NCBI RefSeq assembly: GCF_009914755.1
Contig: NC_060936.1
From: the human T2T-CHM13v2.0 reference genome, Homo sapiens
Reading direction: 5' to 3' (one strand)
DNA: 64,000 nt
Shown here: positions 16,313-30,215 of the stretch, piece after piece
Position numbering within the stretch: position 1 is the stretch's first letter
Layout: each line of letters opens with the position of its first letter
The notes under the pieces: model-generated
Told to the model about the DNA's origin: nothing
The model's input: the letters and a program-made list of their open reading frames with translations, nothing else
The model's database searches: none
Made by a program: the position numbers and the translations under genes

Positions 16313-16687
16313 TCATTGGTGAATGAATGTGTGAGGATAGAATTTGAGGGGACTTGATTTTTATGGCCTCCTTTGGTCCCCCAAGATACAATACTCTGCA
16401 GTTGGGAAGATAATGGGTTCGGGTGAGCGACTGTTTTATGTGACGCCTCGTGGTAAAGGGAGCTGGCCCTGCGTGCTGAAATCAGTGTAAAGAGCAGTCA
16501 GGTGCACCTGTGAGGAAGTCAGGTGCCGTGACTCAGACTCGAGTAAACATGAAGTATGAGTTCAACCCAGAAAACTGCTCTCTCTTGGGTTTTGCAAACT
16601 TGTCAGAAATAAATCACTAACTTTAGAAAGCTTTGGTGCAAGAGCCTTGAAGAGTTTCTGGTGTTTTCTTTCCCGCCTGCACCCTAG

Positions 16688-16752
16688 CATCACTGTCCTG
16701 GTAACTGGGGCCAAGTGGCTGTCAGTGCTGGAAGAGAAGGCCATGAAGCCGG
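16688..16752 (+). CDS. AACS: AACS exon ~11 (ITVLVTGAKWLSVLEEKAMKP), phase 2-1
   Basis: accctag|CATCACT ... CCGG|gtgagt; 65 nt. Confidence 0.95.
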
Positions 16753-16884
16753 GTGAGTGTGCCTCTTCAGTACTCATTCCCTGTACTGCCAATCAAGGAA
16801 ATTAAATCCATCCTATTTCCTGCTTGCGAGTGAGGCTTCAGGCACTGGGTTTAGTTTTAATCTTTTGGTGACTCTGCACCCCAG

Positions 16885-17007
16885 TGGAAACCCACAGTCT
16901 CCAGATGCTCCACACGATCCTGTCCACTGGCTCCCCACTGAAAGCCCAGAGCTACGAGTATGTCTACAGGTGCATCAAGAGCAGCATCCTCCTGGGCTCC
17001 ATCTCAG
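16885..17007 (+). CDS. AACS: AACS exon ~12 ([41 protein letters not shown]), phase 1-1
   Basis: accccag|TGGAA ... TCAG|gtatgg; 123 nt; overlaps ORF 16884..17147. Confidence 0.95.
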
Positions 17008-17940
17008 GTATGGCCCCGGTGGGGACAGTCCTTCCAGCCATCCCCGCCGGCCCCATAAGTATGCACACCTCTGCCCAGTGCTTGGATTCATCCCAAGGAC
17101 ACAGTCCGCTGGGCAGCCAATACGCACAGTCCCTTCTCATGATCTGAGGCAGTGATGTTCCACGAAGTCACTGTGAACACGGAACCCATACGGAACCCTT
17201 GCTCCTGGGGGAAATAGATTTATGTACACACACACACCTCTCACATCGATTATAGTCTTAAAATCCAAAACAATACATCTTGGTAGGTTCTACATTTTTT
17301 ATCTTGCAAAAGAGAAAATGCAGTTCAGAAGCATTCAGTGACTTGCCCAAGGCTGCCCCACCGTCAGGTGCTAGAGCTGGGATGCCACGCCCGGGAAGAC
17401 AGCACCCTGCCCCACCCTGCCCTGGGCTCCTGTGTGTGAGAGCAAGGCAGGGAGGCTGTGTCGCCTTGTGTGACCTCAGTGGGAATGTGCCTGGGTGACT
17501 TAGGGTTTTGACTGCTCTGCAATGTCTGAGAGTGACCACAAAAGCTCCAGAGTATGGATCTGGAGGTGTAACATACCTTTTAGTGAGTAGGCAAATTCCC
17601 CAAAATAGAATCTGCAAATAGTGAGAATCCACTGTATGGAAGGACAAATATTGCCACATTGTTTATATAAGTAAAAAATAGACACTACCTATATGCCCAG
17701 CAGAAGGAAATTGATTGAATAATTTAGGGTACAGTCTTAATTTATGCAGCCATTAGAAGTGCATGAAATACACTGATGGACATCGAAACATGGCCATTGG
17801 CCATGATGAGTGAAAAAATCAGATTGCAGAATTACAAGGTGCGGTCATTTTTGCAGGTGGAAAACAGGTATATATGGATGTGTACATGCACACTCATGTA
17901 TGTATATATATGGGTGTATTATATGTGGATTCCAAGTGAA

Positions 17941-18243
17941 TTTTTTTTTTTTTTTTTGAGGTAGAGTCTTGCTCTGTCACCCAGGCTGGAGTGCAGTGGG
18001 TGCGATCTCAGCTCACTGCAACCTCTACCTTCTGGGTTCAAGCAGTTCTTGTGCCTCAGCCTCCCAAGTGGCTGGGATCACAGGCATGTGCCACCACGCC
18101 CAGCTAATTTTTCTATATTTTTAGTAGAGATGAGATTTCACCGTGTTGGTCAGGCTGGTCTCGAGCTCCTGACCTCAGGTGATCCACCCACCTTGGCCTC
18201 CCGAAATGCTGGGATTACAGGTGTGAGCCACTGTGTCTGGCCC
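17941..18243 (-). mobile_element. AluS
   Basis: Antisense Alu. Confidence 0.9.
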
Positions 18244-18562
18244 CCAAGTGCATTTTTTCTCATAACTTTTTTCTTAACATAAAGTTGTGCTTTAGAAAAT
18301 GGTTCACGCACGTGGTAAAAAATTCAGTCCACAAAGGTGTCCTCATGGCTGCCGTCCCCCTTCCCCAAGGAAGCCGACGTCGTTCCCTTCAGAGATGTTC
18401 TGTGCATAGGTGAGCGTGTGTGCTTGAGTGTGTGTGAGTGTGTGTAAATGGGGCGAGAGCACCCCATTTTTACACAGATGTAGTTTAGGGTACACACCTC
18501 AATTCCCCTTCACATGACTTAAGAGTTGATTCCATTGCTGCCCATAGAAATCTTTGGGTCAG

Positions 18563-18923
<361 letters not shown>

Positions 18924-18962
18924 TAAAAACATACTCTCAAAGCACCTCTTTAAGAGGTGCTA

Positions 18963-19166
<204 letters not shown>

Positions 19167-19331
19167 TCAGCCTTCCTCCCCACCGTTGGTTCCTCGGCCT
19201 GAGGTGGGGGGTCTGAGCCATTCCCACCAGCAGAGTGAGCAGCAGGAAGGAGGTCAGGAGCCCTGCTCAACCTTGATGGTGGCAGAAACGAACGTGACTC
19301 ACTCATTTTCGTGGGACACATCAGTCAGTGA

Positions 19332-19726
<395 letters not shown>

Positions 19727-20143
19727 ACATTTCTGTTTTTCCAACCATTAAGTCCACATAAACCATGGCACTCGAGCCTTCCCATGTGATGGGTCTGTCT
19801 AGGCAGTGCCTGCCAGGTATGTATCACAGGCAAAGCTTCCATTTTCTGCGATCCTGAGTCTTGAATTTCAGCATGACCACAGGAGGTCATTTACTTAGCG
19901 GATCCTCTGGCAGGAAGGCTCGGCTAAAACGTCAATCACCAGATGTGGGGGGTTCATTCTAATTTCCATATCACCTCTCCCACTGCTCCCTGAAGAGAAG
20001 CCCCACCTGTCTGGGATGTTGCAGTGTTTGTCTGGGAGAGTAGATATTTGTCCTCTTGGCACCTTCTCCTTTGTTGCTCACTAATTTAACACAATTTGTC
20101 TTGGGCTTCTAAATTTTGAGTCTCCCTTTGCCATTGCTTGCAG

Positions 20144-20257
20144 GAGGCACCGACATCATCTCCTGCTTCATGGGCCACAATTTTTCTCTTCCTGTGTATA
20201 AAGGGGAGATTCAGGCCCGGAACCTGGGCATGGCCGTGGAAGCGTGGAACGAGGAAG
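20144..20257 (+). CDS. AACS: AACS exon ~13 ([38 protein letters not shown]), phase 1-1
   Basis: ttgcag|GAGGCACC ... GAAG|gtgatg; 114 nt. Confidence 0.95.
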
Positions 20258-21317
20258 GTGATGGCTCCACCAACTGTTTCTTTCTGTGATTAGGCGTGAG
20301 TTGGGAGTGTGGGAGCGTTCGGATGTGTAACTTTGCTTGGACATAGTTCTCCAAAACAGCCCTCGGAGGGGAGGCCCCTGTCACTTGCAGTGTGATGTCC
20401 TTTCCCTCCAGCTTGGTTTAACACCCGCCGGGCTTCTGGTCCCTAGCCTCTGAGAGGTCAGGGTCGAGCTGGAGGACAGGTGGAGAGATGTGTGCTCGGG
20501 AACAGTGGGCAGGTGGGTGGTCATTGCCCTGCATCTGAACCCTGGTGCTGGATACACAGGCAGCAGCCAGCTCTGAGCTTCTGAGAACCTGGTCATTGAA
20601 GGGATAGTCTCCCGCTATGCTGGGCCTGGCAGCTAGAAATCCAGCTGTGCTAGGAGGGGTGAGCAGGGCTCAGTGCACCTGCTCTGCAGAGCAATGTGGG
20701 AGGAGTCAGTGAAGCTGAAGATGCATACGTGCCCTGTGATCTGGGAATGCCACTCCCAGAAGACTTACTTGTGATCCATGCAAGAATGTTTGTAGCGCCC
20801 CATGATTTGTAATGGAAAACAAAATTGGGAACAATAGAAATGTCCATCTTTGAGAGGAAGAAACTCTGTGATCACATGTGGAGAATGCCCAAGTGGTGAA
20901 TACGAATGAACCAGAGTGAGACCTAGTAGCCCGAACGAGCCCAGATGTCATGCTGAGTGAGCACAGGAAGATGCGGGACACATAGAAGGACAGCGTGTAT
21001 GTGTTCAAAGGCATGCAGAGTGACGACATATGCTATTCAAGGATGCGTGTGGATGGAGCAGAAATGTTAACACACATGGGAATAACAAATCACTACGTCC
21101 GAGACAGCGATTTTGGGGAGCACACAGGGAGGGGACTTCATCTGGGAGGAACGCATTATTAGGCTGCTGTGACAGGTGTGTGGGCGTGGACCATCTCTGT
21201 ACCTTTGTATATGTCTGGAATATTGCATAATAAGTAATAGCTTAAGAAAGAGAGAGAGACAGCCAGGGTGTGTGGCTGTGGTGTGTGTTGGGCTTATTTT
21301 TAATTCTCCCATACCAG

Positions 21318-21443
21318 GAAAGGCGGTCTGGGGAGAGAGCGGCGAGCTGGTGTGTACTAAGCCGATCCCTTGCCAGCCCACACACTTCTGGAACGATGAG
21401 AACGGCAACAAGTACAGGAAGGCGTATTTCTCCAAATTCCCAG
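21318..21443 (+). CDS. AACS: AACS exon ~14 ([42 protein letters not shown]), phase 1-1
   Basis: ataccag|GAAAG ... CCAG|gtcggt; 126 nt; within ORF 21176..21571. Confidence 0.95.
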
Positions 21444-23201
21444 GTCGGTTGGAGAGATGCAGACAGAGCTGGCCAGCCTCTGCCTTGGCTGGGCCTTCTG
21501 TGTCTAATTCTGTACCATCGTGCCCCTCCCCTCTTCCTTCCCCCACCAGGGCTTGGAGAAGCTGCTTATAGTTCATTCCGCCAGTGGGGGGATAATGAAT
21601 TTTTGATCAATATCTTGTTGTCTTCAGCTTGAAGCTATCGTGTGCAACTGCAATCTGGTTTAGTTGAATCTCAGCCACCTCTGCCCAGAGCCTCTTGGCC
21701 CCAGCCCCTGCTGCTGGGAGCTGGCACGAGCCTCTGGTTTGCATGTGGGAGGGTGGAGGGTGTGGGGCTGAAACAGGGTGATGCCTGCCTGTTCACGAGG
21801 AGTGGCATGTGGAAGTGGCGTCTGGCTCGGGTCTCTTCCTTCGTGTCTCTCACCATCATCCAGTCCTCATGGAGATGCTGGAGGAAGAGCGCTTTTGCGG
21901 TGGAAGCATTTACAACCCGACACGTCACTCTCACATAGACTGACACCCTTGGGTGTCGTCTTTTGAGTGGTGCCTTGCCCCAAAGCAGGGAAGTCTTTTA
22001 TTTAAAGCTCTGATTCCTGCCTCCCTCTAATCTTATTTCATAAGCAGTCTCGAGTTACTGCTGCTATATAATTCATCGTTTAGCAAGCCTTCTGTTCCAG
22101 AGTTATTTATACTCAGTACTTGCTTTCTGCAGTCTCTCAAAAGGTAATCTGGTTTAGCACAGACCACGTATGGAGAATCAGAAAGCGGTAAGTGGTAGGA
22201 TTTGCCAGGTATCCTTCCTGCCTTGCGTGTTTGCGTTTCACCGTTAAAGCCATTGTGCCTGGAATAGTGCCTTCCTGCAGCAGCGTGGGGCATCCCCCCA
22301 GGGGTGGCTCAGCCTCCACTGCATACCTGCTGCACCTATGCCCCACCTTGGCTCCTGCCGTGAGCAGCTGTGCAGACAGACGAATGCAGAAAAGCAAGAG
22401 TGGATGTAGAGAAACACTCATCAGATGACCCTGAAGAGGAGGGTAGGGCCTCCTGCCTTGGGAGGAGAGGCCAAAAGGATTAGAATCTCAGCTTGAGGAT
22501 CCATCCAAGAAATGATGGCCCTTCATCTTCTGTAACATTGCTCTTTGAAAACTCTCTTTTCTGTCACTTTATTTGTCACATGTGCAAGGGTTCATGTGAT
22601 AGATGTCTCTCAGGATTAATTTCAGAATAATCTTTTTTTGAAACTGATATTCCTTCTTGGAGAAGACAAGTACTTTGTGATGTGTTATATTTCCATTTTT
22701 GCCTTGGCTGCCAGGAAACTCAGAGCTGAAATAATTGCTTTGTTTTTGTAGTCCTCTTACCTTTAGGGTAAGATTTTGCTTCTCTTTGAATAATCCTGTC
22801 ATGAAGTCAGTTTTAAAGGTAGCTTCCTCCAATACTTCCTGAGTGTAGGTGAGAGATATGAATAAATATGGAAAGACAAAGGCAGATCAGATAATGAGAT
22901 CTGAAGCTGTTTATCATGGACAAGGTGAACATAGGCTGCACTTAGACCCTTCCTCAAGCACCAGCGCTGAGAGATTCTTGGGCTGTATAGGAAATGGCGT
23001 GATGGCAAAACCAAGCAACAAGAGCAAGCCTTCGTTTCCACAACTCGGAGTGGGTTTTTGGACGTCGTTACCTTAAAAAATGATGCCAGGTGAAAATGTA
23101 AACAGGCCGTGTGCTGGTATGGAAAGATACCCAGGATGTTAGTAAGTGAAAATGAGAGTTTAAGAACAGAGGACATAGCATCCCTTTGGTGTAAATTTTA
23201 A

Positions 23202-23543
<342 letters not shown>

Positions 23544-23613
23544 TGAATAATGAGTATGAATATGGGGTTATATGAGTGGTGGGATTATGAGCCCATTTTG
23601 GTTTTCTTTATGG

Positions 23614-23879
23614 CTTTTTATTTTTATTTTTTGACACGGTATCTCGCTCTGTTGCCCAGGCTGGGGTGCAGTGGCACGATCTCAGCTTCTCCTGCCTCAG
23701 CCTCCTGAGTAGCTGGGATTACAGGCGCGCGCCACCACGCCCAGCTAATTTTTGTATTTTTAGCGGAGACAGTGTTTCACCATGTTAGCCAGGCTGGTCT
23801 CAAACTCCTGATCTTGTGATCCACCCACCTCGGCCTCCCAAAGTGCTGGGATTACAGGCGTGAGCCACCAGGCCTGACC
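23614..23879 (-). mobile_element. AluS with internal deletion
   Basis: atctcagct joined directly to tctcctgcc. Confidence 0.9.
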
Positions 23880-25806
23880 ACTTTTTATTATTTTTAAAAA
23901 CTTAAAATTTTAAAAGAAAGTAAAAGCAGACTTAAGATTTAGGTCATTGCAGATGCCACATTCCAAACAGGCCTGGTCTGCTATCGGCAGTCACCTGTTC
24001 CCACTGTATTTCCACTTTCGCCTCAGCTCCCAGGAGACTCGAAGCTTAAGTCAGTGCCTTGAAGAATGAGAATGATCTAAATCTGTTCAGTCTGCTGTAG
24101 AAAGGAAGACATCGTTTCTGCGGCTTCGTTTTGCCATCAGGCCACTTCCTCTGTGGTGCCCTGGAGCCAGCCACTAGTGGATTGCTCCTCTCAGCCTGGC
24201 TTTGCAAGGGATCAAAGTGTGTCGGGGAAGTTTTCACAAAAAACATTTCTTCAGAGTGGATTTACATCCTCCTTTTTCTCTGCATTTCCGGGGTCTCAGT
24301 AATTAGGGCACAGTACTGCAGATGGCCCAGAAAACCCAGAAATTTCTCGTCCGATTAAAGGGAGATCTGACTCCAGGCAAACAAGACTGTATGTTGTTGC
24401 TGGCACCGAAGTGCCAGAATGAGGCAGGATTCCCAGGTGAGCGGCACAGGCTTGCAGCTCTCATCTTCCAGGGCTGCCATTCATAGACTCAGTTTGCTGA
24501 GTAGCCATACAGGCGTGCTCCTGCAGAAGCTAGGCACATCCATTGCAAGCCTAGGAGTGGATTTTTTTTTTTCCTTATTTGTGTATGTGAATCTTTTAAA
24601 AGTCCAATGAGAAAAGAATTGGTTTCATTCTCTAGCTTGGGGAGGCGGGAGGAAAGACCTGAAGACCTGCAGTTCTCTTTTTTTGCATTGGAATAAGTAG
24701 CTTTGGGCTCATTTCATTCTCTTCAGCTGCCTCCCAGGGACCATGCACTCCTGTACACAGTCCCCTTGGCCTTCGTCCCCATAGAAGGCTTGGTGGTGGC
24801 TTGTGGCAGTGTCTGCTTCATGATGTCACATAAATGCGTGAGTAGACTAGGTAGCTGTTGAGTCATAAGCTGTTTGGGTTAGCTCTTGCCACAGAGTGGA
24901 GAAGTGCTGGAGAAGTGTCTCGAGATTTGGGAGGGAGGAGATGCCTTCTGAGGCTGCCGCCCGTCAGTGAAGACACAGAAGCTGGCTTCTTTACTGTTTT
25001 CCCTTCCCGGATCGCAGGAAATCTTCGGGGCGTTATTGCAGGAGGCCAGCCTGCTGCTGAGGCAGATGACTTCTGGCATTACAAAGCAGCAGAGATGCGC
25101 TTTTGATTACGGCCAGCCAGTTCCCCTCAGTGTGGCTGATCAAGGGCTGGTGGTGGTGTCAGCAGGAGGAGGCCCCCAGCTGGTTAACTGCTCCCTTGGT
25201 GACTCTCTCGGCTGTGTGGCTTCTCTTCACTGTTTGGCGCCTGGGTGGAGGATGTGGCCAAGGAACCTCTCTCCTTAGAGGCGGCATCCAAATCTGGGAT
25301 TTGATCCCTTTGGTCCATCAGCTTCATGGTGCCACCCCAGCGTGCAGGCCTTCTCTGAACAGCTGCACATGAGGCCACTCACGTGGCCTGCTGACACTGT
25401 GTTGCTGTCATCCCTGGCTCTTTCCTCTTCCCCGTCTCCTCATCCCCTGGGTTTTACCTGCTAATCGGCTCTCTGTCCATGTGGCTAATGTTTTGGTTCA
25501 AGCCTACATGACTCGGACTGGTGCAGTAGCCTCCTTCCTGGTCACGAGCACGTGTATTCCATTCCAAGATCTGGCCCCAACCTCTGCACACCCTGTGCCC
25601 TCCACTGCCCCTGGCCACTCTTGCTTCCCAAGACATGGCTTATTCTTTCCTGTGCTACACTCAGGGTTGTCTCCAGACACTCCTGTTGACCCCCAGTGGC
25701 CTGGCCGAGCTTGGTCCTGCCCTCTGTGAATTCCCGGGTCCTTGCTGGTGCCTGAGGAGCTGCGTTCCTCCTCGCCGGCGGTGTCAGAGCTGCCCGGGCA
25801 GCAGCC

Positions 25807-25820
25807 CCGCTAGAGGGCAT
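25807..25820 (+). promoter_or_regulatory. Candidate CTCF core motif CCGCTAGAGGGCAT
   Basis: 13/14 match to CC(A/G)(C/G)(C/T)AG(A/G)(G/T)GGC(A/G)(C/G). Confidence 0.45.
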
Positions 25821-25985
25821 GTTCCTTGGGGCAGGAACTGTCTGGCTCCCTCTGGCCCCCAGCCCCATGCCAGACCTGCCTCTGGGCCCCAGTGATGTCT
25901 GCGGACCTACACCCAGCGTCTGTCCAGGCAGCCTGTCATGGCCCCTTCTCCTCGGGATGACCGGGCACCTCTGCTGTCTTTGCAG

Positions 25986-26055
25986 GTATCTGGGCTCATG
26001 GCGACTACTGCAGAATCAACCCCAAGACCGGGGGCATCGTCATGCTTGGCCGGAG
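25986..26055 (+). CDS. AACS: AACS exon ~15 ([23 protein letters not shown]), phase 1-2
   Basis: tttgcag|GTATC ... CGGAG|gtaagg; 70 nt. Confidence 0.95.
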
Positions 26056-26776
26056 GTAAGGGCTGCAGAGTCGGCTTCTCTTTCCTGGAGCCCCACCTTC
26101 CAGAGGCATGGGGGTGGGAGAGGAGGTGCTTTCTATAAAAGTCAGTGACCCCCTTCCTGGGCACCTCACTCCACTCCAGCACCAGGGTGTCCACACCACC
26201 CACACCTCTGCTGGTGTCTGGGACCCCCCAGCCCCCACCGGCTGGTGCGCCATGTTTCCCCACCCCTGTGCCTGTGCACACACCATCCCTGGGCCTGAAG
26301 ACCCCCTCTGAGGAAGCATTGTCTGCTCAGTCTGCAACATGGCTGACTGTCCCTCATCTTGGACCCTTCCTGTGTCATTCCTGGGGTGGCGCATCCCTGT
26401 GCCAGCTTCCTTCCCGAGGGATGGGTCTGGGCGTGATCCAAGTCTCCCTGCCCTGTGATGGGGTTCTCGGGTAGGGAGTGTCAGGATGGGGGTTCCACAG
26501 CAAAGGCACAGCAGTGTCCACACCTGCAATGGGGGACACGTGTGCAGGTGGGAAGGCAGTGAGGTGACAGATGTTCCTGCCTCCCTCGATGGAAAGCTTT
26601 AACCTGAGAGGGAGAAAGAGCCGGGTGGTAGGGCAAGGAGCTGGGGAGCGGAGTGTCCGTGACTAGTCCTGGGGGATGCCATGGGAAAGTGGGGGGTGAC
26701 TGCCCTCCCGTGGGACCCCTGGGACTTGCTTCACTCCAGAGCTGCGGTGTGGCCCTGACCTCTTCTCTCTTTCCAG

Positions 26777-26835
26777 TGACGGCACCCTCAACCCCAACGG
26801 GGTGCGGTTCGGCAGCTCGGAAATCTATAACATTG
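26777..26835 (+). CDS. AACS: AACS exon ~16 ([20 protein letters not shown]), phase 2-1
   Basis: tttccag|TGACGG ... ATTG|gtacgt; 59 nt. Confidence 0.95.
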
Positions 26836-27120
26836 GTACGTGCTTCCCCTCCCTGAGCGTTCTCCAGTCTCCAGGAAGGAGGAGGGTCCTGGCGGGAGCC
26901 CCAGGAGCCCCACCTTTGGCACAACTCTGGCCCCTTGTTCTCTGGTGTGACAGTGGACATTTGTGAGCCTGACCTCCTTTCCAGAACATACCTTGCCCAC
27001 ACTGCCATCCTCATAAAACCTCAAATGGGGTCTTTAAGGTCCCTTTGCCCATCCTCTTCCTCATTATAGCTCATCCTCCCGGTGAGCTCTGCTGGGCTGG
27101 TTACTTGTGTCTATCTACTC

Positions 27121-27377
27121 TTTTTTTTTTTTTTGGAGACAGAGTCTCGCTGTGTCACCCAGGCTGGAGCGCGATCTTGGCTCACTGCAACCTCTGCCTC
27201 CTCAGTAGCTGGGATGATAGACATGCACCACCATGCCCAGCTAGTTTTTGTATTTTTAGTAGAGATGGGGTTTCACCGTGTTGGCCAGGCTGGTCTCGAA
27301 CTCCTGACCTCAAGTGATCCGCCTGCCTCGGCCTCCCAAAGTGCTGGGATTACAGGCATGAGCCACCACGCCCGGCC
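27121..27377 (-). mobile_element. AluS with internal deletions
   Basis: Antisense Alu. Confidence 0.9.
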
Positions 27378-27738
27378 AACTTGTGTCTACTCTTTATGGT
27401 TGAAGAAACCAGAAGCACAGAGAGGGTTCAGGATTGCTGAAGGTCACACAGCATCATGCAGGACACCAAGCACAGAGAGTGTAGGCCTGTGGATCTCACA
27501 ACTGTACAGTGGAGTCACCTGTGGGCCTTCAAACTTCCCAGCCCAGGGACCCAGACCCAGCCCAGGCCGCAGAGTTGGTCAGATGGCCTCTTATGCTAGT
27601 GCTTAGGTCAGAGTCCTAAACTTATGTCAAGGTCGTTTGTGTGGCCAGGGTAGAGAAATCCCGATGTCTGATTCCAGCCTTTTTTCCTCACTCCAGTGGA
27701 GTCCCCACCACAGGCACCTGCTTTCTTTTTTAAAAAAA

Positions 27739-28345
<607 letters not shown>

Positions 28346-28644
28346 TGAATTAATTTCTCATTAAGTAAGGCCCACACCTGGCTTCCTGGTAGAACATCAC
28401 CCATCCTGCCAAACCTGAAGCTCTCTCTGCCTCCCCAGTGATGGGTTTTCTTCCGCTTGTGAAACGGCCTCCTCAGCAAATGTCCCTCCAAGGCCCTTCT
28501 CCTGGGTGGACTGGGAGAACACAGGCACCGCTGGAAGGCTTGGGGGACCCAGCCTGCCCCTCCTGCTCTGCCAGGTTGCTGTGAGGCCCGACCCCACACT
28601 GAGGGGCCCCCTGCGTGAATGTGCACCCTCTCCTGTCTCCACAG

Positions 28645-28847
28645 TGGAATCCTTCGAGGAGGTGGAGGACAGCCTGTGTGTCCCCCAGTATAACAAGTAC
28701 AGGGAGGAGAGGGTGATCCTCTTCCTGAAGATGGCCTCCGGGCACGCCTTCCAGCCTGACTTGGTTAAGAGGATCCGTGACGCCATCCGCATGGGCTTGT
28801 CTGCGCGACACGTGCCCAGCCTCATCCTGGAAACCAAGGGCATCCCG
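28645..28847 (+). CDS. AACS: AACS exon ~17 ([15 protein letters not shown]...LILETKGIP), phase 1-0
   Basis: ccacag|TGGAATCC ... ATCCCG|gtatgg; 203 nt; within ORF 28506..28925. Confidence 0.95.
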
Positions 28848-29154
28848 GTATGGCCATCTCCCGCCAGCGAGGAGACCGCAGCCATCGCCCCACGAGCCCA
28901 CACATTGAGGGGCGCTTACATCTGAGCAGCTTGCCGGTGCTTTATATATCGTTTGTCCACGTTGCCTAGCAACGCCATCCTCTCCCTGCCATCCTTTTTC
29001 CTACCCTTCCTAAGACTGCATTTAAAGCAACTTCTGCTAAATACCCATGTTCAGAGGGTTAGCAGGCCCAGCCCTGCAGGTCCAACTGGCTTCTCCCTGC
29101 TATCCCCTGGTTTTAGTGTATTCTCAAAATTTTTAATGAGAACATTAATTTTAA

Positions 29155-29465
<311 letters not shown>

Positions 29466-30102
29466 ATTTTAACTTTTTAAAGTGCTGCTGGGAGCCGTTG
29501 CTGTTGCCTTTTAGTTTTAAGTTCTGCTGGTACAGACAAGACTTGACTCTTTTTAGAGGCAGGTCTTCCTAAGGCTGTGTCGTCATCCCCCAGCCCCTGG
29601 CCCCAGTACGCTCTGCTTTGATTCTAAGTGGGGGAGGAGGAGGGTCACCCAAATTGGATCACAGCTTTCATTTGCATTGCTTACAAAACGGATACCCCGC
29701 AAGCTGACAGAAGCTGCTGTGTGTGTGTGAGTGTGTGTGTGTATGTGAATGTATACAACAATTTAGACAGTGGCAGGCTGTATTTGAAGCCTATGGAATG
29801 GCTATTCGTTAAGGAGAAGATGGGAGCACACACTCACTGGGTTCCCAGGGGAAGCTGACTTTGATGTTGCCCGGGAGCAGGGCTGATTCTGTGAGGTGTA
29901 ACTAGAGACAGGATTTACCAGGAGAGTCTGCTTCCTGGAGAATGTTGAAATATCTGATGCCGTTTACTTTGAAACCCGTAGATCATTCTCTTTGCCTTAA
30001 AAGTTATTTCAACATCTTCAAAACAACCTGTCCAGGAGTGGGGGCTGGGGAGAGCGCTTGCAGCACGACAACGGTGTGCAATCCCTGATCATCCCTGGAA
30101 GA

Positions 30103-30215
30103 CTGACTCCTACTCGGGACCCTGTTCCTCCTCCTCCCGGCGCCTGTCCACATCTGCGCTGACTCCCACTCGGGACCCCTGTCCCTCCTCCTCCCGGCGC
30201 CTGCCCGCATCTGCG
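30103..30215 (+). repeat. Two-copy tandem duplication, period 56 bp
   Basis: CTGACTCC(T/C)ACTCGGGACCC..CCTCCTCCTCCCGGCGCCTG..CATCTGCG at 30103 and 30159. Confidence 0.9.

Noticed and set aside
16753-16884. 132-nt intron (multiple of 3) as possible in-frame retention
   Set aside because: Contains an in-frame TAA after 17 codons.
28397-28903. Antisense ORFs over exon 17 (and 33864..34529 over the last exon)
   Set aside because: Typical shadow ORFs of GC-rich coding sequence.
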